Assembly: GCA_002633005.1 (NCBI GenBank)
Contig: NMRA01000114.1
Location: 803,809-867,808 of the forward strand
Origin: Phoronis australis
Lineage: Eukaryota > Animalia > Phoronida
Length of the DNA: 64,000 nucleotides
Reading direction: 5' to 3'
Shown one piece after another: positions 36,070 to 50,691 of this stretch. Below the pieces are notes generated by a model, which saw only the letters and a list, made by a program, of their open reading frames with translations, ran no database searches and was not told where the DNA came from. Numbering within the stretch: position 1 is the stretch's first letter; each line of letters starts with the position of its first letter. The position numbers were made by a program, and so were the translations under genes.

Positions 36070-39000
36070 TTAATATGATTTTTTATTTGTTTTCAGCATA
36101 GTAATCATGCTTTGAAAAATGGAAGATTGACAATTTTGGCATTTATTTTGTGCAAAATAAGTGAAGAATTACCGTACATGGGGAAAATGTAACTATTTTA
36201 AATTTCTGTTTGATACGTTGTGCTGTGACGTAAACCCGAGTGAAAACATTATCTCCCCCTTTTGCTAAATTCAGCATCAGATGGAATCAGTCGGTGACTT
36301 AGTCTGCTCGCTGTTGACCCTGAAGTCGGGCTTCTGTGCCAAATACAGACCTGACCAAGCTTCCTAAATCGTAATGCACAGACGTGTAAAAACTCTGACT
36401 GTCCTTCCTGATGCTTTGTTAGTTTCATTACTAAGTCAATTTTTGACTTTGATACAATTTGAAAGTGAACTCTGCATAGAATTCTCTGACAGTATTATTG
36501 AAAGTATGCAGGGACCAGTGCCCCTAATTTAAGGACAAAATTGCTTTACTGAACTAAAAGCTCAGTTGTTAGGTGTATTATTTGAAAATATTAGTCAAAA
36601 AGGAGCTCATAGGAAAAAGATAACATCTGCAAGTGGAAAATGACACAAATACGCAAAAGATTTAAGAAAATTAGCCGAGTCCCTATTTGGGACCGTTTCA
36701 TGCATCCGGGCACAACACATATAATGTGTTGCGTTTCGAATGTAGTCATTGTATACTGTTGTTTAAAATTTTTACATGTCTGTATCTTATTGAAGCTGGA
36801 GAGATCTTCCTGGGCACCAAACTCGTTAGAACCAGGTACACATGAACCCAATTTCAAAGTATTTTCATCAGTTTTGTTGATGGAATTGTGTTACGATGCG
36901 TTTGTTTCATGTTTGCAGAGCTACATTTGTTTTATGTCTATGCAAACGACAGTTGATTTTCAGAAAAGAAAGGCAGGACCTTTAGTTCACATGGTGGTCA
37001 CCAGATGGTGAGCTTCAGAATTTCATTCAGTACCTTGATAGCCACCAGTGCTGCTGTGCACAACTTCCTTGTCGATGTATGCATGAAATTTGTGGTCAGA
37101 ATACAGATTAGAAGTGTTTTTTCCATCCTGGCTGTTCTCATGCTGTTACCGTGTGGTTGTGAGGTTAATAAAGATACAGGGTGTTCGAAAAATACTTTAC
37201 TCCTTTTCAATTTTCACACAATGGACTAGGAAGTGGTTTATATACAAAAATAACAATATAGTTAACAGAAATGTTTTTACACAGAAAGTTGAGCGACAAA
37301 TAAAATGAAAGAGACAACATGCACATATACATGGTATGTTTAAGTAATCAAAAGATATGCAAGGTAATCACAGGGTATGCAATACAGCAATAACAAGAGA
37401 AATGTCAAGTATTTGAAATGTGTTCACAACTGCACCATGAACAGTATGCTTCTCGGGGTGTGTGTGGAAACCATAATTTTTGGTTCACATGTTGAGGTGC
37501 AACCCTGTTTCGTTTTTTAATATGGCAGTTTAGTGTTCCTAATTATGATAAAACTATAGACAGAATGTCATTCAATAATTATATCACCTCCACCAGGTTG
37601 ATAAATGTTAAATTTATGCCTGCAACTTCGACTCTACCCAATTTATGTTGCAAGCAAGTTTAGCCAAACTTTCTTGTTAGCTTATTGGTCAAGCTCTCAC
37701 CAAACAATATCTGATAAATTTTAAAAAATCTAATTTTGGCAATGATTTGTGTCTCAATTAACCAAAGCTGTGGACTTTTTGACCATTCAAGAACTACAGG
37801 ACAACAGATGTCCATTATTATAACCACAGAATTTTTATCCTTCATTCAATGGTCACTATCTTAACATTGAACCTGATTTTACCTGAGTGGAACGTTCTCG
37901 CAGTAAAACATCTCCAATTTAGAACACCAGTGCAGAAAAGTTGAGTTTCTTTAATCAGGTTTTTCATAAAAAACAAACAAAGTTTTCTCTTCTTTTCATG
38001 TACAATTGTCAACAAACACTTGTTTTAACAACCTATTCAACCTTCGAAAAATGGAAAAATGTCAATTTCAGCAATTACTTTACTCCTAAATTGAAAACTT
38101 TCTACCACAGTCTCTGGAGTGACGCTCAAACCCACATACCCAATGTCTCCTGAGAAAATTTCTTACTGTGCAAGGTGGACTGGTTTTTAGAATCTTTACA
38201 AATAGGGACGGGACTTCAACAATAACAACTTGTTAAGAAACACAAAGTAAAAACAGAGCAGTATATCACAGCTGGACGGAAAATGCATACATTTGAGTCG
38301 TTGGCTAAGAATTAGTTGCCACTTCACTGCAGAAACATACGTGCTATATTGGAAAGCATAAATAAAAACTCTGTAATCTGGTTAAATAGACAAGAGCAGT
38401 ACACACGTTTCCATAAAAAGGATAGAATTGTATCTTTCAAATTCAAGAAATGGTACAGGAACAGCTTATGACTAACTCTTATTAAAATGACACAAGCAAG
38501 AAATTCAAATTAGAGCGTCAAAAGTGGCGCCCCCTATATTACTCTGCTGTTTTGTCTCCAGATGGGGCTCCTTATGTTAATGTAGACGAATCTCACTTCT
38601 GATCGAGGCCCAAAAGGAATTTTTGCTTCTCATTTTAATAAGAATAAGTCGTACGAAATACTAAGTTGTTTTGAACTTTTAGTTCTTACATGACAAAAGA
38701 CTAACTTTAGCGTAAAGGTTCTGGTCCCTCTCATTTGCACTTCTGACTCGGCAAAATAGAATTTGGAAAACATTTCCTAAGTCATAACAGGGTCCAGCCC
38801 TTGAACTTAGTTTACACGTCTATCAAACATGAAATATCATCTCTAACAACACTCCTCTTCATTGAAACGAGTTTCAGCGCAAATGATGCTCTTTCAGAAT
38901 GGCATATCTTTCAAAGACACGTGATTTAATATAGAATTCTTAAATTAAACTATTGTATTTCTATCCTTAATATAATGGCCTCGCCTTTTGTAAATTTAGA

Positions 39001-39987
39001 ATAGTAAAAGTACATGCCATGAGAAAAGCGTTTACAGTCATTGCTACAACAAGGCTAGGCTTAGCTGAAGTGCTGCCCCCTAACTTTAGTCGTGAACACA
39101 AACAAAGTTCTAATTTAAGTCTTTCGATTGATGAAAGTGTTCTCAACAAAGGTAAGAGTATCACAAATACAGCAGTGCCACTAACGCCAACTACAAAAAT
39201 TAAATGTATAGTAAAGTCTCCAATTTAGGACATTTCTAAAATTTGGGACACTGATATTCACGCCAAAATAGAATTTTCTTGATTCTTGAAAGTGGGACAT
39301 GAGAAATTTCGGCGCTTATCACATTTCTCAAATATCAGACATTGCATACTGTATCAACAAAGTTGGAGATAAAATCGACAAGAATAGCTGCCAACACAAA
39401 ACTCGTCTTTCACATGATCTTTAATTTGTGACGGCCAATGTTGCGCCCATTTCTAAAATTTGGTATGAGCTTCGACCTTGAGAAAAATAATTTATTTTTC
39501 ACTTTCCTAAACTGGAAAATTTTTAGTGTATAGTCATTTTCAATACCAAAGCCACACACAACATTTCACAGACAACGCCGACACAATCACAGTAACCCAA
39601 GAACATCAATTCCCTTTATTAGTCATTTCCATTTTTTTAAAATGCTAATCAAGAAAAGCCGGACAAGAAAGAGTCATTTCCTTCAACATAAACCATATGA
39701 TCCCAGTGTGGTTTTCAATCAAATGGACAGAGTACCTGAAGACGCATGACATTTGTACCAGCATTAGGGACATCATTTATGCACCAATAAGCTGTTCACA
39801 CTGGTTCCCAGCATAAACACTAGATGGAGCAACTGCTTAATAGTATTGGGTGTTTAGAGGCTTTAAAGATGCAAGGCAAACTGTATTGAGATCGAGAAAA
39901 AACACCATTTGCCCCTTCTAATTCAGATTCATTTTTTCTCTCTAACTGGTTAACTTACATAACATGATAAATTGCTATCACAAAGCT

Positions 39988-40274
39988 ATAAACCTGACGT
40001 CCATCACAACGTTGATTTACACCGTTTCCCATAGCGAAATTGGTCGTGAATTGTTACATAGGTAAATTACAGGTAATATCAGGGCTTTGAAAGAACTGAA
40101 TTTCGTTTTTGGTCGAGACCAGCGGAGAGCACGGTTTCGAGTAATAACAAACTGTTAGTTGCAAACCCTGAAATCCCCTCTCGTCTTAGAAATGGACAAG
40201 TTCAGTCGCGACCAATTTATATGGAAAGATGGTCTAAACCCGAAATTCATTTCTCACATAGAAGGCGGGTTTAT
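39988..40274. mobile_element. Degenerate MITE in the probable NIM1K 3' UTR
   Basis: TTTACACCGTTTCCCATAGCGAAATTGGTCGTGA is inverted against TCGCGACCAATTTATATGGAAAGATGGTCTAAA; termini ATAAACC / GGTTTAT. Confidence 0.55.
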
Positions 40275-40882
40275 CACCACATTAAGTTAAGATAGTGTTG
40301 CACTTTTTGCATTGCAATAAAGGGTTAAAGATACTACGTCTTGTTAAAACCGTGAATATTTAAATTTGTTGCAAGCGCCACATAGTGACTTCCTGGAGAA
40401 CTGAGTGTACAAGTGTAATCAGGAAAGGAAACAATTTTTTATAAATAAATTTATGTTTTAAAGAAAACACCTCAACTGACACACTTAAAAACAAGTGTGA
40501 ACATGTAAAAAACCTAGTAATTCCAAATATTACGTAATCATTATTTAATAGTTAAATAAAAAATAAAAACTATGTCTTGTTTCATTTGGATAACATTGCA
40601 ATATTACCAGTCATTTACATAACAATAGCCTCCCAAAACAAGACTTTCGCGAGATTGTAATGGTAACTGGTTCTTGTATCATTTCCCACACACTGGATGA
40701 CCTGGGGTTATTTGTAAATTAGTACTTCATTTGCATATTCACAATTTAACGAGACTATGCATCTTTAACTTACAGCTTAAGCATAGGAGTGTAGAAATGC
40801 CTCTAGAATTACATGATATGACTTTATGTAATCATTTAATTATTCATAAAAGGAATAAATAATGTTTAACATTATGCCCTGA

Positions 40883-41620
40883 TTACAATATAACACAAAA
40901 CTTTGATTGTCGCTTTTGCATAGGAGAATTTATTTTGTTAGGCATTTCACTATCTGTCTCGCTAATAGGTAAACTGTCACTTAAGTCATGATTTTTTCGT
41001 TTATGGATGCGATGTAACAATATACGATACGTTCCCGTGATGCTACTTCTAGATTCCTTGCCTTGACATAATTTCAAAGTATCATCTTTAATTCCAAGGT
41101 CTGTCATTACCTTTCTAGCCTCTTTCTCCTCTTCATTCAGTTCGGCGTCGTTTAGGCTCGGAGTGGACCTAAACGGCACTAAAGGCTCCGGGAAATCTTG
41201 ATCCTCCAACCAATCAATTTTGCAAATTTCCACTAAGGTTAACCGCTCTGATGGCATGTGACGCAAGATCCCCCGAATAAGACTTTGACAATTTGCCGAC
41301 ACGTATGACGGAATCGTGTAGGTACCTTCAAGAATACACTTTTTTAACTTGCCCACGGTTTCTGCTCGAAACGGCATGATACCTGTCACCATAAAATACA
41401 GCATTATACCCAATGCCCAGATGTCGACATATGGTCCGATGTAATGCTCGTCTTTAAACAGTTCAGGAGCTGCATAGGGCGGTGACCCACAGAATGTGTT
41501 TAGCGTCTGGTCTAACCGACAGCTAGTGCTAAATCCAAAGTCGCCGACCTTAACATAGCTTGGCCCTGCATAAAACACGTTCTCAGCTTTCAGGTCACGG
41601 TGGATTATGTTATTGTCATG
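40883..41620 (-). CDS. NIM1K: Serine/threonine kinase NIM1, last exon
   Basis: attttcag|; encodes [19 protein letters not shown]...VKVGDFGFS...[32 protein letters not shown]...SKFCVIL*. Confidence 0.95.
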   Translation of the reverse strand, partial: HDNNIIHRDLKAENVFYAGPSYVKVGDFGFSTSCRLDQTLNTFCGSPPYAAPELFKDEHYIGPYVDIWALGIMLYFMVTGIMPFRAETVGKLKKCILEGTYTIPSYVSANCQSLIRGILRHMPSERLTLVEICKIDWLEDQDFPEPLVPFRSTPSLNDAELNEEEKEARKVMTDLGIKDDTLKLCQGKESRSSITGTYRILLHRIHKRKNHDLSDSLPISETDSEMPNKINSPMQKRQSKFCVIL

Positions 41621-42496
41621 CTGAAAATAAAACCAAAATCAGTTAAGAAAAGGATATTCCATGTCATACTGGTATCAACAGTAAATAAACATGGTAGTTC
41701 TTCTGGTAGTGATGACACTCTAGTGATTCATACAGTCTTTTGAAATGGAGTGACATCTTTTGGTAGCATTGCAATAATCTACTGTAAAATCTCACCAAAT
41801 ATTGACACAACAGAGGGAAAAAGTGAAATTTTATTTCGTTATTTTTCATGTAATGCTCGGCAATGTTTTAAGAAAATGAGACGGAGTATTTACAACAGTA
41901 TTACAAGCCTTTGAAAAAATGAAAAAGATCAATTTTGGTAATTTTATTTTTTCCAGATTGCACGTACACTACTTCTACAGTAAATTACCCTTTCAAGGCG
42001 TTTTTGATTGCTTCTGGCAAATTCTACCACCAATTAACCTTTTTCTATAAAAATGAGATTTGCAAAAATAACTCGGTTCTTCCAAATGAAAGTGTGATGC
42101 AAACAACATCACTTCCAAATTTCTGCCCGCTAGAGAAAGCTAAGTTTTCTTGTTTTCTATTAATTTCCTATTCTCATAATCATGCTATTTCCCATTTGCC
42201 TCAAGGTCAATGCACGACCTTGACCTTGTCGACGAGTCTGTACACTTAGCAAAACATCTACAAAATTACAGAATTTTACTCGGCAAAAGTAGAAATTCTA
42301 TAGAATTTGTTTTTTTTGTCTCCATGGCAACAATAATTGACAAGTTTTAATTATTTGCAGCAAGGTAATAAAGATAAAAACACGACAACTTTGGCAACTG
42401 TTTTCGATCGAAACAAATGGAGAATAACTGTATGTCTGAACATGCATGTAAATTTAGGTACATTCCTGCAATTCCGCCATACCATATTACCATTCC

Positions 42497-43069
42497 TTAT
42501 GAAGACTTAAAGGGTTCTTAAAGCAATATCTTTCTGTGCGCTAAAATGTATTTCATCTTACAGAATTGGCTATTCTACGCACAAAAATGGCAATTAATCG
42601 TAGTATAAAGATGTTACACCATGCCTATTGGATACCTTTATAGCAATTTTGGGCTTGGAGTACATAACTAGTCAGCGCAGTGCCTTAGAATTTTGCAGGG
42701 ACCGGTTGTAAACCCTGCTCTTAGTCACAGAACTGTCCCAGTTGGATTGTGAGTGTGTAACTAAACACAGCTTAACAAATGGTTTGTGGTCCTGGCTGTC
42801 CCCTATGAGTTTCAAACAGCCCAGCCCAAAATGGCTCTTTGGGTTAAAGACAAAGGTTATACTTATTCTCAATATGCTCGCTGGACAATCATCGGAATCG
42901 GCTTGCAGTAAACATAGTTGCATAGACGATATAGGTATTCAATAGCTTAATTTCCTGATTCTACATAAAATGACATTGTCTATACAGAAAATAACCTATT
43001 CTGCATGTTGAATAGGTACTTTTTATGTGCAGAAAGGTATTCATTTAAGATCCCTTTGGGACTTCATAA
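42497..43069. mobile_element. MITE with a smaller nested inverted-repeat element (about 42710-42860)
   Basis: TTATGAAGACTTAAAGGGTTCTTAAAGCAATATCTTTCTG is inverted against CAGAAAGGTATTCATTTAAGATCCCTTTGGGACTTCATAA. Confidence 0.65.
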
Positions 43070-43840
43070 TTCCCGGACAGAACTTCACATAACAGACATA
43101 GGTCGTTATACCTGTAATTAATGACTGTGATTAAAAATCCATATCAGGCGTTGACCTTTGATAAAAACAAATGTCACCGGGAGCAACGACAAACTACGTC
43201 AATTGCATAAAGATCGAGACGAATGACGTTGTTAACATTTCTGAGCAATTATGTGAAGTAATTTGTGACGCATTTTAAATTCCCATTGAATTTAATTAAA
43301 AGGTTTCCCTATGCAATTTCAGTCTTCATCGGCCAACTCACAAAGTCATAAAAACATTGCTCATTCTGTTAATGCTATCTGTGGTCATAAATTAATAAAA
43401 AGCATAATTAATTAAAACGTTGATATGTGACAACCTTATAATGATTTTTGATAATTTTAATTCAATTTTAATACTAAAGGTTACTTTGAATGGACAAAGA
43501 TAAGCTTTAGAGAGCGAGGATGACTCAATATGTAAGTCAAAACTTTAACGGAATATAGAAGACAAAATAAAATATTTAGTATTGTTTTAACACCAAAATA
43601 CATTAAAAAGAGCTTGAAAGTTCTAGTTTCACTTTATCACGAGTGTCCAGAATAGAAATTCAAAAATTACAAAGAAGTGGATGTACTAGTAAACACAAAC
43701 TTACAAAGTAACATTGTTAAACATTGTCAAGGGGGAGGAATGTGGTGTATGCGGAGTAGTCTTGAAAATGGCCTTTCTAGACATACCTTACACTGCTTTT
43801 GGCGAACACTTATCCCGTTTTCGCATTGTTTTATCCAGAA

Positions 43841-44237
43841 GCCGGAGTCTATTGGATCTTTGTACTCAGAATCAAACTTAAAATCATTTCCCTTCTATTT
43901 CTGTGCGTACTCAAGATAACTTTAATGATTCTATTATTCTGAACTAGAATAAACCAAGGTTCACTCACTCTTTAACCTTTGCACTTAATGACCCCAGCAC
44001 TAAAGCTATAGGTTCGAGTCTGAACTCGAAATTTTGAGCTTGCACTCAAAATCTTGAGTTTTTATTAGAGTTTGTGTGTTTAATCTACCAGGGATAACAA
44101 GTGATGCAAACTTTTTATACAGTTGTGACCTCACCATAAGATGTACTCTAGTTCTGAATATACCTCCAAAAATAAAAAGGAACTCAAGAACAATTTTGAG
44201 TTAATCTCGAGTACAAAGAATACTAAGACAGCGGGCC
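43841..44237. mobile_element. Degenerate MITE
   Basis: Left ...TCTTTGTACTCAGAATCAAACTTAAAAT is inverted against right ATTTTGAGTTAATCTCGAGTACAAAGA...GCGGGCC. Confidence 0.5.
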
Positions 44238-45981
44238 TCCATTAGCCGTTCTAAAATAAGCACCAAAATTTATCCAACTAGACACCACAGAGAACCCTGA
44301 ACAATGCAAATATTAGTAACCAATGGCTATAAAGGTGCTTCAGGTAATATCACTATTACCTTGGGACATCGCATTTCACACAATGGCGAGAGTCCAATGT
44401 TTTGAATTAGTGTCTGAAGGTCTAAAAATCGAGTTGTGAAATATGGCAAGTTGACACTTCGTGTTTTCTGTGCTTATACTGTGGTCAAAAATGGAACTTA
44501 TAGACATTGTATTATTTTCGGCTTCATAAAACAATTCATTCTTACTTTGTCTTGGTTTAAAGTTGGTCAGTTTTGAACTACCGAAGCAGCAGAACTCATT
44601 TATTTGGAATTCAATGGAATAATTTACAGGAGAACAACCTCAACAGTCCAAGACACAGATTTCCATAAAGGCCTCACGATAAACCAAACATAAACACAGA
44701 GACAAACAAATGAAACTGTAACAAATAAAAACAAATGTGCACCTTAAATAGTTCACAAGTACTTAAAGAGCAGTGGTATACTAGTGGGTACTGAAGTTCA
44801 CCAAGAAAAGGCGTGTTTCATGGTATGAATCAAGAAAGATTTTTCTGACTTAGTAAACAAAGTTTACGTCAAATATTTTCAAGTTATAAGTTTACTATTT
44901 ATACAATACAAGTATATAATTATTTGTTATAAATGCCTGCAGTACTAACCAAGACCCTGTTGGAAACCAGCGCATCTGTAATGACTGAGATGGTTTAATT
45001 CAGAATAAAGAAACATTCGCTACAACAGAATGGCCCACAATAACTTGATTTTGGGGTCAAATATCAGCCCTTATTTCCCTCTGATAAATGTTTAAAAGTC
45101 ATGTAATATTCCCCTCATCAGGCTAAAAATTCCCCAACAGTGATTTAAGTTCCCCTCAAGGTTAGAGTTGGTTTTAAGTCGCACTGACACCCTGCTGCAG
45201 AAGGTTTTATAAACTGCGAAAATCCTCACTTCAGTTCGATACTGTCCAGCTACAGCCACCAGGCATTCTACCATAATTGATTTTAATAACTGCAGAAAAA
45301 ATATCTAAATAACTAGGAAAATTACACTGCATGCAAACTAAATCATAGATGAGTGACACAAACACCTACATTGTCTTTAGGAAAAAACATTTATTTGGTA
45401 TACACACATTTTTCCCCACTTGGGATCTTGCAAACAACACTACAACGATCATGGATGAATAACAATACCATGCAGCTGCTCACTTGTTATACTTAATTGA
45501 TGCTCATGTGTTGTTTTAACATTCACTAAGCTTGCGTGGGGTGATACTGAAGGAGTAAAGCAAAGTTTACCGCAAAGGACGGCATTTATAGAGGATTTTC
45601 AACAAGCTCCAACTTTCAATATTAATCCTGTTAAATTCTTCACTTAAATGCGCATTAAAATTTTCAGCCTGAGTGGATTATGCAATTTTAACAAATTTTG
45701 AAATCTTGGCTTTGTGCATTATTTTGACTGTACTCAACTTCTTTGCCACACGAGACATCCGCTGACAAGATATCCTCAAAATCAATGACAAAAAGTGCAT
45801 CTTCAATGTCTTGGGTAACAAAAATATTTTTGCCCACAGTAATTATGATATGAAAAAGTGAAATGATACAATTCAAGTCAAAGCAGCAAATATTTAATGC
45901 ATTCTCCAAGATACCTCAAACTTGGGCTCGTTTTCATGAAAGCGACTTAAAGATTTAATATAGAAATCTGGTCTCACCCTG

Positions 45982-46270
45982 GCACACAACTATCTCTGAA
46001 AAATACTTAAATCTCACACTAGAGGTCTCTGAGAGTAAACCCATACCTGCTAGTACTGAGATAATTTCTATTATTTCTAGACTTCTAAACCTTTACTTAA
46101 CAACTGTGAACAGGACATGCTCCACACAACTATCTGTAAAAAATAATTTAATTATCGTACTTGGGGAAAACAGCAGTCTCTGAAAATACACAAATAAGTG
46201 CTAGTTACTAAATTTCTATAGATTAATTCTAGACTGTGATGGACTCATAGTTACTTAATTCAAGGATTGT
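45982..46270. repeat. Degenerate ~140-bp tandem duplication
   Basis: CACACAACTATCT...GCTAGT...TTCTAGACT...TGTGAA appears twice in the same order. Confidence 0.65.
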
Positions 46271-49200
46271 GAATTGGGACTGTTTGTCTAGGGTATTGAA
46301 TCACTTTCATTAGACAGACTCCAGGAATACCTCATGAAATTCAGTGTTCAATTGACCGTCTAACATTAATGAAGTTTTCTTTTATTCATTAAAGCAAAAT
46401 TGATTATGTCAGCTCCAGTGTAAAAAAGAATTTGCCTTATGTGAGCAACTATATGTTTTAAGATTTTAATGTTCCAGAATAGAAACTATTAACACCGGGT
46501 TTCATAAGGACACCACGCAATTACCAATCTACACCAGTATATTAGTCTCCAAACTATTCTGGATTATGATTGGTTGCAGACATGATTTCAAGAAACTTAG
46601 CAACGAATGATGGCTCTCCTCAGAGGACATAGATGAAGTCCCTCATAATAATTGCCTTTCACTTTTAAGTTCATGATGATGTCTGCTAAGTAAAAACAAT
46701 GTGTTTATAATCTCACTATCCTCATATACAGCACTGCACGTATTAGTTGGTAGAAAATGTGTAGCACTAATGGGACACCTATCAGGCTAGTGAACTCATG
46801 TGACTTTCCAAATAAGGAAGTCAATACCGCAACTTGACTGCATTTTCAGCTAGCATAAAGTTGATTGTGCACTGGAGGCTAGAATTTGTCCACTATAAAA
46901 CAAGATTTGAATAGATGTCAAGATCTTTTGAAACTAAGGAAAACAAAATTAATCTAAAAAATCCAAAATACCCTACCCCCCAAAACTGAAACTAATCGAT
47001 GTTTTGCTAACTTAGAATTTCCATTTACATAATTTATGTAATTAGGTCAAAATGCTAGAACACTACATTTTTGTATTAAGCAAACACAGGCTTATAAATC
47101 AATTACATAGAAATTTAGCAAGATGTGGGTTGTTAATAAGATTTTTTAAAATTTGTTAAAATATGAGATTTTCTTTTGATTCCAGTTGATCATGTCACCA
47201 TCAGATTCATCGATAGATGTTCAATTTTATGACGCAGGCAGTGCATATTGACAGGCACACAAAACAAAAACGCTGGGTTGCGTTTACTGCACAGCTATCA
47301 AAAGGTGGTAGGACATAATGGACGACTCAATAAATTGATTTCACGGTACAAGTAATACGGTAAACAATTGTACCATGCAGGAACAATCGCACAAACATCA
47401 ATACAGTTTTTGAACTTTAGTCACCGCTAGATCAAATATTTGATCACTCTGTGAAATTTCAATAAGAACTTGTCTGCTAGTCTGCTATACAGAAATGACA
47501 GGTGAAAGCTTTGCCAATGATTTTTTGAATGAGCCACCTTATCTCGGTTAGTAATTTCTATTTTCACAATAACAAGGCAGGTTTTCAGTCTATAAACACT
47601 AGTTAAGTAATTATAGTCAGGCAGAATAGCAAAAAAGAGACACACGTACTAAAGCAGGCAACTGAAGCAAAAGTGAAAACAATTTAAGATTTTATAAGCA
47701 CAATTTAATCCTGCTCAAATCGTTTCCCAACAAAATCAATATCACGGAGCCTAATTTATATAATTTCTGTATACAAGAAGAAGAAACCCCGGGATACACC
47801 AGATTCATGTCAGATGTGACAGAAAAATATATGGATCAAGTTTGAGACAAATACTGGAAATAAAACTTACAAAAATTAGCGACGTTGCTTTCAAGAAGAA
47901 TGTATGGTTTATCTTTTACTAAAAAGATTAAAGTATTGAGCCGGAAATATTGCTAAACAGAGGATATATTCCTCTAACCATACGATGGAAGATTCATACC
48001 AAAATTTATCAAAGTTGCGGAAAGTATGCAATATTACTCTGCTAAAAGGCTAATGTAGAAAAGTTAAAAGTTGCAAAGATGTCGAGGGTTGAAAATAAAA
48101 ACCATGACAACAGCAGCGACTCGAACACGACTTGTTAAGATTCACTAGTGTCAAGTGAACGTAGAGTATGTCTGAGTTAATTATTACACATCATTGTTTA
48201 TTAACTGAAACTACGTCCACATAATTATTAATGAAGTGACATGCTCAAGTTAAGAATCAATGGAAAATAATTAGTCTCACATTCATTTCTTATTTCGAAG
48301 GACAGCAGCCAAGAATTTGTATCACTTGCTAGTTCTAATGGGTGATGAACCCCGGAGGGTACTCTCATAGAAGGAGTGATAAGGGACTTGCCATCAACTC
48401 AGGTGGCCCTCTCAGGAATTGTCTCGGGGGGGGTGTTATTTGACTGGAGGTATTGGTCTCGCCTTGGTGAAATACGCGAGATCGTCAATACTTGTCATCA
48501 TAAAAATAAATCTTCAAGAAAACAACTACGAACCCAACCGACAATACTAATGCTGGACAATTCTTCGTCTGAAATTTAACTCCTATAAAGAGCACTCCAC
48601 GTTACGTCATCGTTCAAGAATTTTGTGAAACAAGATAACAGATGCAAAGTAGCATGGGCCTCTGACACAAAAGTAGTGCTTCACATGACTTATTGTCTAT
48701 GAAAATGAAAGCAACATAAAACTGTTGGGGTAGGTATTTTGCCATCTGCCAAGGTATGTAATAGTTTGTATTTGACATCTCACCACCACACATTACCCAT
48801 GTTTTGGATAGAACCCTCATGACATTATATTGTTTTGGTCTGGATATCAACACATGCAAACATCAAAACTGTTCAGCAATGCTGAATACTCCCAAAAGTC
48901 TGCACAACTGACACGTGTGACTCGCGCTATTCTATGGTTAGAGGAAAAACTTCCTGCCTTGAACAAAAGGGTCTACTTTGTGGCACGTACAATTTGCCAA
49001 ACATTAAAATAAATAATGGCATAAAAGGGCCACCTAAAACTGCTGATGGTGCTCAGAAAAGTCATCAAAAGGGGCACTTAATTCCACTGAAAAGTAGTCC
49101 TTGAACTGATAGCAAAACTCCCAGTGACAACAAGCTGTCTGTACTTGCAATGATGTTTCACTCCAAATAAAAATTGCCTGGTACTAGAGATACAAGAGAT

Positions 49201-50077
49201 ACACAGATTTTAAACCGATCAATTTGACAGTTTTTAACCGTAGTTATTGCTGCAAATGAAAGAATTGGACTCGATAATTAATCTACACTCAATACCACCA
49301 ACCCCAAAATTGGAATCATTAACAATGGGAACTCCCATTGGTTAGTAAGTAGGCATTCCTCATGATATCATCAAAACGCGCGTAAAGTTAGTGTGCACTT
49401 ATCAAAGGCAGATTTAGGGGGGGGGGCAGGGGGCCCGACCTCCCCCACTTGGCTGCCGCAATAAAAATAAAACAGCAACAGCGAAGGGAACTGTTGAGTT
49501 AATTAATTAACTTCGGTAATTAAAATTATACAGCTGAAACAAGATTTAAATGTGTGCAGTTTTAATGTTTGGGGGGGGCTCAGAAGTGTCAAATTCGGAA
49601 CACGGCACAATCGTAACGGAACTATGGATAAGTATAGGTTCTCTCGCGATATCTCAGGCGACCGACAGTGGCGCTGGCTGGGCACTACGACTCCGTTTCC
49701 ATCGTCTGCTCCACTGTGCAATGAAGAAAATTACTTCATTTTTTAAAGAAAATGGAATCTGAGTGATGGTGAAAAACAGAAGCTGCTGGTAAGATTTCAA
49801 TTTTAATCGAAGCCTTAGAGAATCACTCAGAAACTCATAATTCTCTCTTTGTCAAACCTTAACTTAAGACGATTTCCAAAGCAAATGCGTCATTATTGCC
49901 AACACAAAAAATGTATTTGGTCTTTTGGGCAATTGAAGACTTTTAAATACAACAAATTTGTTACGAACCGATTGCACAAAATATAAAACATGTAATAAGC
50001 ATTACAAAAAGAAGGTTTCGCACGCAAACGCTGTGGACCACAAACAAGTAGCTCTTAATATCAAATTAGGAGTTAAA

Positions 50078-50148
50078 GCGTGGTGGTGCAGTGGTAAAGC
50101 ATGTGCGATCTATCCGCTAGGTCGAGAGTTCGAGTCTGTGGTATGTGC
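50078..50148 (+). mobile_element. Degenerate tRNA-derived SINE-like head
   Basis: TGGTGCAGTGGTAA A-box and GAGTTCGAGTC B-box; no cloverleaf. Confidence 0.45.
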
Positions 50149-50422
50149 AGTTTTTCCTGGTTGACACCTTTTTCGTTTTTTTTTTCTTGGAATCAAGGAA
50201 AATGCTTGATTTTTAGAGGAGAGAGGTGGGAGAGGGGGGGGGGCAGCCACAGTTTTTGAATGAAAAATGTCCATGTGGCACCTCTCTTTTTGGTCAGTGC
50301 CTTGAGCTGAGGTGCAACAAATCATCATTTTGCAATCCCTAAAACAGGGTTTAATATTCTTTTAACTTTCAATTCTATTTTATCTTGATGGCAAATTTCT
50401 ATGAACATTAAGCACCACCTAC

Positions 50423-50691
50423 CATGTGCTGCAGGGCACTGGTCACTTGAGCAAATACGATTTTCGCCTCCGTCTCTGCCAGCTTGCCTTCATTGGAGAT
50501 CTTATGGAACAACTCGCCCCCGCTGGCATACTCCATAACCATGTGCAGTTTGGCCAACGTCTCGACAACCTCGTACAGCCTGATGATGTTCGGATGGTGT
50601 AGACGCTCCATGCTGGAGATCTCACGTGATAATAGTCTTTGAGTCTTCTGATCCAGACGAGTTTTGTCGAGGATCTTGATGGCAACTTTCT
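50423..50691 (-). CDS. NIM1K: NIM1K exon 2
   Basis: ttacag|AG; encodes EKVAIKILDKTRLDQKTQRLLSREISSMERLHHPNIIRLYEVVETL...ALQHM|gtaggt. Confidence 0.95.

Noticed and set aside
36591-36857. CVVPGC in a minus-strand ORF as a second THAP domain
   Set aside because: The downstream FP, W and CxxHF elements are missing, so it is probably chance.
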